NCBI GenBank assembly: GCA_902803035.1
Contig: CADCON010000009.1
Span: 1 to 32,736 of the forward strand
DNA: 32,736 nucleotides
DNA from: an uncultured Ruminococcus sp.
GTDB taxonomy: Bacteria; Bacillota; Clostridia; Oscillospirales; Acutalibacteraceae
Direction of reading: 5' to 3'
The translations under genes and the position numbers were made by a program. The notes under the pieces were generated by a model. The model saw only the letters and a list, made by a program, of their open reading frames with translations, did no database searches and was not told where the DNA came from. The stretch's first letter is position 1; each line of letters opens with the position of its first letter. Of the stretch, positions 1-6,941 are shown in pieces.

Positions 1-941
1 CGCCTTGCCTTTCTGTAATCGCCGTGCAGCGTCCTCGCGCACCAAAAAACGCAGAACCGGAAGAATTCGCCTACCGAACGGAACCTGCGCCGGCAGTCCT
101 TCCAGCCGCACAGCGCGCGGTACTTTTTGAATACGCCCGCGGCAACCGGCGTAATGCCGTCGAACGTCCACATATCATGCCCCGCAAAATGCACGATACG
201 GGGGTGATGTAGCGCGTAGCGAAGCTGCTCCGCCGAGTAATAGAAATCCGGAATGCGGCGAAGCATCTTGGGAATGTCCCTTTCGCAGAGCATCCACATC
301 ATATTGTACTCCGGCGGCAGAATGACGATTTCGTGACCCAGCACGTAATTGATCGCGTCCTGATCGGGATAGAGCAACGCCTCCGGAAAGCTGTTGATAT
401 ATTCGACGATCCTGCGGGAAGCATCCAGCGCATTCCAGCGGGCGGTATCGATCACCAGAACGCCGGAATTGATGTAGTCGCATTCCGGCGCAATGCCGAG
501 AGCTTCCTTTCGCGGGGCATTGTCGGCGTCCGTAACCGCGGCCAGACACTTTCCGTGCAGATCCATCGTGAAAAGCTCCGTCACAGGCCTGTCCATCAGC
601 AGATCGCAGTCCAGGTAGACCAGCCTGTCCAGATCCTCATAGAGCGCGGGCAGCTCATTGAGAAACAGCCTGCCGTAAATCGCCCTGCGCCAGCGGGTTT
701 TGACCTTGGGCATGACGGCGTCCAGCTTCTTGTCGATGTCATAGAATATCATCTCCGCGTTGCCGAATTGCTCCGCCTGCCGCGTCAATTGCCGCTTGCT
801 TTCCTCCGTAATGCCGCAATCCATGACAAATAGCCTGACCTTGTCCACTTCGCCGCACATATTGTGCATGACGGAGTAGGTGCAGATTCCCAGATTCCTG
901 ACATAATTATCGTCTGAAACAAACAAAAAATCAGCTTTCAT
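1..941 (-). CDS. Glycosyltransferase family 8 (LPS glucosyl/galactosyltransferase-like); C-terminus runs off the window
   Basis: Absent from the supplied ORF track because no stop lies in the window. My reverse-complement translation from the ATG (complement of 939-941) gives MKADFLFVSDDNYVRNLGICTYSVMHNM...RLVYLDCDLLM...DYINSGVLVIDTARW...YPDQDAINYVL...RIVHFAGHDMW, with no stop for 313 codons down to base 3. DDNY, LDCD (DxD-type), NSGVL..W, DQD..N and HF.G are the GT8 pattern. Confidence 0.8.
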   Translation of the reverse strand, partial: MKADFLFVSDDNYVRNLGICTYSVMHNMCGEVDKVRLFVMDCGITEESKRQLTRQAEQFGNAEMIFYDIDKKLDAVMPKVKTRWRRAIYGRLFLNELPALYEDLDRLVYLDCDLLMDRPVTELFTMDLHGKCLAAVTDADNAPRKEALGIAPECDYINSGVLVIDTARWNALDASRRIVEYINSFPEALLYPDQDAINYVLGHEIVILPPEYNMMWMLCERDIPKMLRRIPDFYYSAEQLRYALHHPRIVHFAGHDMWTFDGITPVAAGVFKKYRALCGWKDCRRRFRSVGEFFRFCVFWCARTLHGDYRKAR

Positions 942-963
942 GTTTCTCATTCCTTTGTCATTC

Positions 964-1695
964 TCAATAGAGCAGGATTTTGCGGCTTCTGAGAAGATTC
1001 AGCAGAATAGCCGCTATCTGCCGCGCCGAGGGATGCCGCTCATAATTCATCCGCACCAGATCCGCGTCAGGATCCATCGAGAGAATGGCATATCTCTCGC
1101 GGGGTACCCTGTAGCGCGGCATCGAAGCATCGTAGCCCTTCTCAAAATTCCGGGCAAGCTCCGCCGCGGTCCAGTTCTCGGCTGCCAGCATTTCCAGAAT
1201 GGTCTTTTCGTCCCCGGTCAGCGGTTCCTGACGGCAGTCGGAATGCTCCGCGCCTTCCCAGTGCAGAAAGCGGTCGTAATAGTACGTGCAGCGCTTCTCC
1301 GGCCGGATCGCGTCGTGCTGCTCAACCGCGCGGGTAATGAATCCCGAACAGAACATACTGAAAAGCGCGTCGGGACGCTCGGGTTCGGCTCCTGCGCAGA
1401 CAAATCCGTCCTTCATCAGCTTCATCAGCACCCGGTCAGGCGGATCGGCCGTGATGCCCAGATGCTCCGCCGACCGCCGGTAACGACAGAAGCATTCGTC
1501 ATATTCCAGCGCGTCAAACAGCAGAACGTACCACAGCAGGCTTTCGGAAATGCTGAGCCTGCGTACCCCGAATCCGGTTTCCACTACCAGCTCCTTTTTC
1601 TCCGTCCGGTCCGACGCAACGCCGCAGGAGGTAAGCATGACCTGCAGACGGCGGGCGGCAAAATCCTGATATGTCCATTCTCTGCCGGTAAGCAT
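964..1695 (-). CDS. Hypothetical protein (243 aa), directly upstream of and probably co-transcribed with the GT8 gene
   Basis: ORF track 964..1695. AAGAAGGGG Shine-Dalgarno about 10 nt upstream of the ATG. Its stop is 22 nt before the GT8 start. I recognise no family motif. Confidence 0.55.
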   Translation of the reverse strand: MLTGREWTYQDFAARRLQVMLTSCGVASDRTEKKELVVETGFGVRRLSISESLLWYVLLFDALEYDECFCRYRRSAEHLGITADPPDRVLMKLMKDGFVCAGAEPERPDALFSMFCSGFITRAVEQHDAIRPEKRCTYYYDRFLHWEGAEHSDCRQEPLTGDEKTILEMLAAENWTAAELARNFEKGYDASMPRYRVPRERYAILSMDPDADLVRMNYERHPSARQIAAILLNLLRSRKILLY

Positions 1696-1782
1696 GAAAG
1701 AAACGCCCCTTCTTTATGACAAATACAGCCTGATATTTGTTTTATTATATCATAAATAACCGGGAAAAATATGATAATGCTG

Positions 1783-2541
1783 TTAATTTTTTGGATTTTG
1801 GGGATCGGAATGCCCTTCCCCGGCATTCATCAGCAGAAGCCCACGAAAGATGCAGGAGGCAAGCCTGTATTGGTATTCGTCTGTGCAGAGCTGCGCTTCC
1901 TCCGCCGCGTTGGACAGGAAGCCGCATTCGCACAGCACCGCCGTATTCTGCGCGTGGCGGAAAAGATAGAGATTCTTGCCGGTGGCGAAGATCTGACGCG
2001 GCTTCTGCGGCTGAATGTACGCGTTGAATTCGTTCTGGATGAAGTCCGCCAGCACCTTCGACGACGGTTCGTTCGGGGAATAGAATACCTGTGCGCCACG
2101 GACACGGCTGTCCCCCGCCAGCTTGTTCTGGTGAATGCTGATCAGCACCGAGCCGGGATAGAGCTTTGTCAGATTCAGGCGGTTGCGCATATCGCTGATT
2201 TTCTTGCGGCGGATGGTGGTATCCCCGCTGTCGTTGAGCGCGCGGTCGGAATCGCGGGTCATCACCACCGTAAAACCCGCGTCGGTCAGCATATCCCGCA
2301 GCTTGAGGGAGATCGCCAGATTGATGTCCTTCTCGACCGTTCCGTTGACGCCCACCGCCCCTCCGTCAAAATCCCCGTGTCCCGGATCAATCAGGATCAC
2401 CCTGCCGCCGTCATATTCCACCGAATCCGAAGACGCGGACGCCGTGGCGACGGCTCCCGTCAAGGCAAGCGCCATGCTCAGCGCGGCCGCTGTGAACAGC
2501 AGGAACCAGTGTCTGGCGCGTATGTGTACAATCCCCTTCAT
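1783..2541 (-). CDS. cwlD: N-acetylmuramoyl-L-alanine amidase, CwlD-like (Amidase_3 type)
   Basis: ORF 1783..2652 trimmed to the internal ATG at 2541 (MKGIVHIRARHW...), which has GGAGG 8 nt upstream. Signal/TM segment, then ILIDPGHGDFDGGAVG...EKDINLAISLKL...ISIHQN...GAQVFY...ECGFLSN, the zinc amidase_3 pattern. Size (252 aa) and single N-terminal anchor fit CwlD; the gene symbol is an inference. Confidence 0.75.
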   Translation of the reverse strand: MKGIVHIRARHWFLLFTAAALSMALALTGAVATASASSDSVEYDGGRVILIDPGHGDFDGGAVGVNGTVEKDINLAISLKLRDMLTDAGFTVVMTRDSDRALNDSGDTTIRRKKISDMRNRLNLTKLYPGSVLISIHQNKLAGDSRVRGAQVFYSPNEPSSKVLADFIQNEFNAYIQPQKPRQIFATGKNLYLFRHAQNTAVLCECGFLSNAAEEAQLCTDEYQYRLASCIFRGLLLMNAGEGHSDPQNPKN

Positions 2542-2549
2542 AAAAATAT

Positions 2550-2599
2550 ACCTCCGATAACAGACATAGTATTTCAGAACTATATCTATTATCGGAGGT
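2550..2599 (-). promoter_or_regulatory. Long hairpin between yfcE-like stop and cwlD-like start that buries the cwlD Shine-Dalgarno; followed by a U-rich tract
   Basis: Perfect 11-bp inverted repeat ACCTCCGATAA (2550-2560) / TTATCGGAGGT (2589-2599). Inner pairs 2662-64 style extension: 2562-2564 with 2585-2587, and ATAGT (2566-2570) with ACTAT (2579-2583), leaving an 8-nt loop. On the minus-strand RNA the 3' arm contains GGAGG and is followed by AUAUUUUU then AUG (2541). Confidence 0.6.
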
Positions 2600-2605
2600 C
2601 TGAAA

Positions 2606-3175
2606 CTATTCCTTTCCTGGCGTTCCCGGAACGTACTGCCGATAGAATTCACCCGTTACGATATCCCTCCAGCGGAAAATTCCGTTCTCCAGAAGGATAC
2701 AGCTTGGACGGCTGCCTTCCTTGGGAATCGACACGGAACCGGGATTCACACAGACACACCGGCTGCCCGCGCGTACTTCAGGGACGTGCGTATGCCCGAA
2801 AAGCAGAATGTCCTCCGGCTGAAGGGGCGGCGGATTGTCCGGATGGAAAATGTGCCCGTGGGTGGCGTACATCAACCGGCTACCGCAGGTGAAAACGGCG
2901 TAATCCGCCATGATCGGAAAAGGAAGCACCATCTGATCCACTTCGGTATCGCAGTTGCCCCGCACACAGAAAATACGGTCGGCCGCGTCACTCAGCATTC
3001 CGATGACCCGCTTCGGGTCATACTCCCGCGGCAGGTCGTTCCGGGGGCCGTGGTAGAGAAGATCGCCCAGCAGCAGAAGCCGGTCGGCGCGCGTTTCCTC
3101 AAACGCCCGCAGCAGCAGCCCGCAGTAATATGCCGACCCGTGAATGTCCGACGCAATCAGGTATTTCAAACTCAT
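2606..3175 (-). CDS. yfcE: YfcE/MJ0936-family metallophosphoesterase (phosphodiesterase)
   Basis: MSLKYLIASDIHGS...LLLLGDLLYHGPRN...VRGNCD...ATHGH...LFGHTH...VNPGS: the ordered DxH / GD / GNCD / H / GHTH metallophosphoesterase motifs. 4-nt overlap with the upstream ORF. Confidence 0.85.
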   Translation of the reverse strand: MSLKYLIASDIHGSAYYCGLLLRAFEETRADRLLLLGDLLYHGPRNDLPREYDPKRVIGMLSDAADRIFCVRGNCDTEVDQMVLPFPIMADYAVFTCGSRLMYATHGHIFHPDNPPPLQPEDILLFGHTHVPEVRAGSRCVCVNPGSVSIPKEGSRPSCILLENGIFRWRDIVTGEFYRQYVPGTPGKE

Positions 3176-3624
3176 TCACCGTCCCTTTCCGGCTGCCCGG
3201 ACGAGCATTCATCGGAATCCTCCCTGAGATCCGAATCCGAAACGCCGCTGCTGCAACGTCCGATTTCGCCCATTTCCCCGTCTGTTTCAGGATTCTCGCT
3301 GTATTCCACCGCGCTGTCAGCCTGCGCGGATTCCTTGCGGTTCAGCATCACGTTCAGCAGCAGTCCTCCCGTAAGGAATACCACCACCGCCGCCGCCGAC
3401 AGTCCGACGACTACGCGGGACGGGCGGATTCTCCTTCGCCGGGCGGCGTCCGCCTTCTCCTCGACGGACGGTTCAGTCCATTCTCCCTCGCCGTCCTCCC
3501 GTCCGGAAGCGGACAGCCGGGAAAGAACCACGGAAAAAGGCGGCAGGGGTGCGGACGCGCATTCCTCCGCGACGGCCGCGCCTATTTTCTTCTCAATGTC
3601 GTAAAGCGAGTCATTGTCCTTCAT
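3172..3624 (-). CDS. Putative anti-sigma factor (single-pass membrane protein)
   Basis: ATGA overlap with the stop of the ECF sigma gene. About 70-aa cytoplasmic part, RRRRIRP followed by a TM (VVVGLSAAAVVVFLTGGLLLNVML), then a short acidic C-terminal ectodomain. The call rests on position and topology only; no HxxxCxxC zinc motif is present. Confidence 0.55.
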   Translation of the reverse strand: MKDNDSLYDIEKKIGAAVAEECASAPLPPFSVVLSRLSASGREDGEGEWTEPSVEEKADAARRRRIRPSRVVVGLSAAAVVVFLTGGLLLNVMLNRKESAQADSAVEYSENPETDGEMGEIGRCSSGVSDSDLREDSDECSSGQPERDGE

Positions 3625-4181
3625 TCTGTCCCCTCCCTTCCAAATCCTTCACCGAGCAGCGAACGAAGCTTTTTGATGGCCTCGGCGTGTTTCCATTTGA
3701 TGGTGCCGAGCGGTCGTCCGGTCATCTCCGCGATCTCCCGGAGCGACAGCCCCGCAACCGCGTGAAGGGTTACGATCTCGCGTTCATCGGGTGTGAGCGC
3801 GGCCAGTGCCTGCGCCGCCGCCTGCGCGTCCAGCGCGCGTTCCTCCACGTCGGAGCTGTCGGGAATGCTGTCAGTCAGTTCCTCCGTACAGGGAGAACGA
3901 TTTCCCAACGCATTGAGCGCGAGCCTCCCCGCAATGCGGTAGACCCACGCCCGCCCCTGCCCCATCGGGGAAAACTTCGGCGCGTACTTCCACACCCGTA
4001 CAAAGGTATCCTGCGCCAGATCCTCCGCGCCGCTGCGGTCGCCGCCCAGCATGGAAAAAAGATAGCCGTAAATCTCGCGGTACATCGCGTTGTAAAGCGA
4101 TTCCAGCGCCGACATATCCCTCTGCGCTATTCTCAATATCAATGCATCGGCAGCCCGCCCGTCGATGGCTGATACGGACAT
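3621..4181 (-). CDS. ECF-type RNA polymerase sigma-70 family factor
   Basis: Region 2-like EDLAQDTFVRVWKYAPKF and region 4 HTH LSLREIAEMTGRPLGTIKWKHAEAIKKL. 186 aa. GGGGAG Shine-Dalgarno about 9 nt upstream. Confidence 0.85.
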   Translation of the reverse strand: MSVSAIDGRAADALILRIAQRDMSALESLYNAMYREIYGYLFSMLGGDRSGAEDLAQDTFVRVWKYAPKFSPMGQGRAWVYRIAGRLALNALGNRSPCTEELTDSIPDSSDVEERALDAQAAAQALAALTPDEREIVTLHAVAGLSLREIAEMTGRPLGTIKWKHAEAIKKLRSLLGEGFGREGTE

Positions 4182-4335
4182 TCCTGATCACTCCCCGTCT
4201 GATACTGTAACCTGATAAAGGCAGAATCGGTTGGTTTTTCATCGTAAGATTATTGTCGCATATTTTTATTGAATTTGCAACAGATTTTTTGCCAATTCCG
4301 GTCAGCAATCGTCATTATTCTCCCGCAAAAATGTA

Positions 4336-4364
4336 TTGCCTTTATCCTCCGCGTATGGTATAAT
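4336..4364 (+). promoter_or_regulatory. Sigma-A-type promoter candidate for pyrB
   Basis: TTGCCT (4336-4341), 17-nt spacer, TGgTATAAT extended -10 (TATAAT at 4359-4364), 77 nt upstream of the pyrB ATG. Confidence 0.55.
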
Positions 4365-4440
4365 TCAAAGTGGAGTGTTCTGCTTCCCCTGTCAGCATCG
4401 CTGACGTGCCACAAAACAATCAAAGGAGCTGCTGCCAACA

Positions 4441-5505
4441 ATGCTGGCAAGAAATCTCATAGACCTTAATCAGCTCTCTCTGGAAGAGCTGGACGATATA
4501 ACCGATATGGCGTGCCGCATCAGCCGGCACCCCTCCCACTACAGCTCCGCCTGCAGGGACAAGCTGATGGCGACGCTCTTCTATGAGCCGTCCACCCGCA
4601 CCCAGATGTCCTTTCAGTCGGCTATGCTCCGTCTGGGCGGCAAGATCATCGGCTTCGACAATCCCGGTGCGACCTCCGTCGCCAAGGGCGAAAGCCTCAA
4701 GGACACCGTCATCGTATTGAGCGGTTACACCGACATTCTCACCATCCGTCACCCCGTGGAGGGCGCGGCGATGGCGGCATCACTCTATTCGGGCGTCCCT
4801 GTGATCAACGCGGGCGACGGCGGACACCTTCACCCCACCCAGACCCTCACCGACGTCGTCACCCTCCGCAATGTCGCCGGAAGAACCGACCGATTGGTCA
4901 TCGGTATGTGCGGCGACCTCGCCAACGGCAGGACAGTGCATTCCCTCTGCAAATGCATGGCGCGCTACGGCGGCAATTCCTTCGTGTTCATCTCTTCTGA
5001 AACGCTCGCTATGCCGGCTTACATCAAGGAATATCTCACCGGCTGCGGCTGTCAGTATTCCGAAGTACGCACCATCGAAGAAGCCATGCCCTACCTCGAC
5101 GTGCTTTACATGACCCGCATCCAGCGCGAACGCTTCACCGACCCGGACGAATATGAGGCGCAGAAGGGCGTCTATGTACTCGACAGCAAGAAAATGCGTC
5201 TCGGTAAACCCGATCTCTGCGTGCTTCACCCGCTTCCCCGCGTGGATGAAATCGCCTATGAGGTGGACGATGATCCCAGAGCGTATTACTTCCGGCAGAC
5301 GCTCTACGGAATGTACGGCAGAATGGCCCTCATTATCCGCCTGACCTCCGAGCATGGGCATTGCGTCCCCGAAAAGCCTGCCGCTGACCCGGATTTCATC
5401 TGCGCCAATCCCAAATGCATTACAAAGGTTGAGCCTTACCTGCCCCGCCTTTCTCTGGAAACACCCAAGGGCAAGGTCTGCGCTTACTGCGAGCATCATT
5501 CATGA
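4441..5505 (+). CDS. pyrB: Aspartate carbamoyltransferase catalytic chain with a C-terminal PyrI-type zinc-domain extension
   Basis: FYEPSTRTQMSF (carbamoyl-phosphate site STRT), TDILTIRH, HPTQ, HPLPRV, at normal PyrB length (about 300 aa). About 50 extra residues follow: ...FICANPKCITKVEPYLPRLSLETPKGKVCAYCEHHS (CX4C ... CX2C). AAAGGAG Shine-Dalgarno upstream. Confidence 0.9.
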   Translation: MLARNLIDLNQLSLEELDDITDMACRISRHPSHYSSACRDKLMATLFYEPSTRTQMSFQSAMLRLGGKIIGFDNPGATSVAKGESLKDTVIVLSGYTDILTIRHPVEGAAMAASLYSGVPVINAGDGGHLHPTQTLTDVVTLRNVAGRTDRLVIGMCGDLANGRTVHSLCKCMARYGGNSFVFISSETLAMPAYIKEYLTGCGCQYSEVRTIEEAMPYLDVLYMTRIQRERFTDPDEYEAQKGVYVLDSKKMRLGKPDLCVLHPLPRVDEIAYEVDDDPRAYYFRQTLYGMYGRMALIIRLTSEHGHCVPEKPAADPDFICANPKCITKVEPYLPRLSLETPKGKVCAYCEHHS

Positions 5506-6080
5506 CGCCGCTGATCCTGACCATCAGCGGCGGTCCCCGCAAGGACGGCTGCTCCGCCCGGCTCCTCCGCCGCTTCACCGCCGGATGGCAGGCGGCATTC
5601 ATTCATTACGACGCCTATGAATGCCGTTTCGCTCCCTGCTCCGACTGCCGGTTCTGCCGGGAACACGAGGGCTGCGCCATCGACGATATGGACGGGTTCT
5701 TTGCCGACTTTGAACGGGCGGACGGCATTGTCTTCGCCTCCCCGGTCTACAATATGTCCTTCCCCGCCCCTATGAAGGCGGTCATCGACAGAATGCAGCG
5801 GTACTACAGCGCGCGCTTCTTCCTGGGCCAACGCCCTCCCATCGCCCGATTCCGCCCCGCCGCCCTGCTTCTTTCCGCAGGCTCACACGACGAAGACGGC
5901 AGTATCGTCGCTTCGCAGCTCCGGAAAATCTTCACCGTCACCAATTGTGAACTAACGTGCAGCGTCATTGTCAATAACACCGACCGCGGCGGCTGTGTGG
6001 CTGACAAGGAGAATGAAATCCGCTCTGCGGCCGCCCTGTTTGCCGCTTCAGTGGGTCTTATCACAAATTCATCACAATAA
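5502..6080 (+). CDS. Iron-sulfur flavoprotein / NADPH-dependent FMN reductase family protein
   Basis: ATGA overlap with the pyrB stop. ILTISGGPRKDGCS (flavodoxin-like FMN loop), compact CSDCRFCREHEGC = CX2CX2CX5C cluster motif, IVFASPVYNMSFPAPMKAVIDR typical of this family. Confidence 0.75.
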   Translation: MTPLILTISGGPRKDGCSARLLRRFTAGWQAAFIHYDAYECRFAPCSDCRFCREHEGCAIDDMDGFFADFERADGIVFASPVYNMSFPAPMKAVIDRMQRYYSARFFLGQRPPIARFRPAALLLSAGSHDEDGSIVASQLRKIFTVTNCELTCSVIVNNTDRGGCVADKENEIRSAAALFAASVGLITNSSQ

Positions 6081-6248
6081 TATTAACAAAAACTCATAAT
6101 AACAATAAATTTAACACATTAACTTGATGTATAATTTATATGAGATGATAGCGCAAATCTGAAGCAGGCTCGTTTCAAGCCGCTTCCGTCACGTCCTTTT
6201 TCGCAAGCTGTTGCATAGCGGTTATACATACATCTGAGGTGTTATCTT

Positions 6249-6941
6249 ATGAGCAATACGAATAATTGCGGCGCGCTGAGGATTCTTGTCGCGGACGACG
6301 AGGACAGGATCAGAAAGCTGGTCGGCGATTTTCTTTCACGCGCGGGCTATGAAATAATTGAGGCCGCTGACGGCGGAGAAGCTCTCAGGCTGGCCAGAGA
6401 GGATCCCGTCCCCGATCTTGTGATCCTCGACGTCATGATGCCTGTGCTCGACGGCTGGACCGTTCTTTCGGAGATCCGTCGGAGCAGCAATATCCCGGTC
6501 ATCCTTCTCACCGCCAAGAGCACCGAGAATGACCAGCTCGGCGGATTCCGCCTGGGCGCGGACGATTACATCACCAAGCCCTTCTCCCCCAGCCTGCTTG
6601 TGGCAAGGGTGGAAGCCCTTCTCAAGCGCGGCGGCAAGCTCGGTGACTGCCGCAGATGCTGCGGCGACATCGTTGTCGATGAGGTCGCCCATGTAGCCTA
6701 TGTCGGCGACCATCCGCTGGAGCTTACTCCGAAGGAGTACAACCTCCTTCTCTTCTTTCTGGAAAACAAAGGCGTTGCCCTTTCACGCGAAAAGATTCTC
6801 AACGGCGTATGGAATTACGATTATTTCGGCGACCTGCGCACCGTTGACACCCACGTCAAGCAGCTCCGTTCCAAGCTGGGCGAATCCGGCAATCTGATCG
6901 TGACAGTGCGCGGCGTCGGTTACAGACTTGAGGTGAAATAA
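6249..6941 (+). CDS. OmpR-family response regulator
   Basis: ILVADDE, DLVILDVMMP (phospho-acceptor Asp), LTAKS, DDYITKPF, and a C-terminal winged helix LTPKEYNLL...VDTHVKQLRSKL...VRGVGYRL. Confidence 0.92.
   Translation: MSNTNNCGALRILVADDEDRIRKLVGDFLSRAGYEIIEAADGGEALRLAREDPVPDLVILDVMMPVLDGWTVLSEIRRSSNIPVILLTAKSTENDQLGGFRLGADDYITKPFSPSLLVARVEALLKRGGKLGDCRRCCGDIVVDEVAHVAYVGDHPLELTPKEYNLLLFFLENKGVALSREKILNGVWNYDYFGDLRTVDTHVKQLRSKLGESGNLIVTVRGVGYRLEVK

Noticed and set aside
4365-4440. Looked for a PyrR-binding attenuator or terminator in the pyrB leader
   Set aside because: Only a small GTCAGC-atc-GCTGAC hairpin is present, without a U tract, and there is no ARUCCAGAGAGG-like PyrR box.
6107-6135. 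Promoter upstream of the response regulator (TATAAT at 6130-6135)
   Set aside because: The best -35-like hexamer (TTAACA, 6111-6116) is only 13 nt away, and the TG does not sit in the extended -10 register. Support is too weak to list as a feature.
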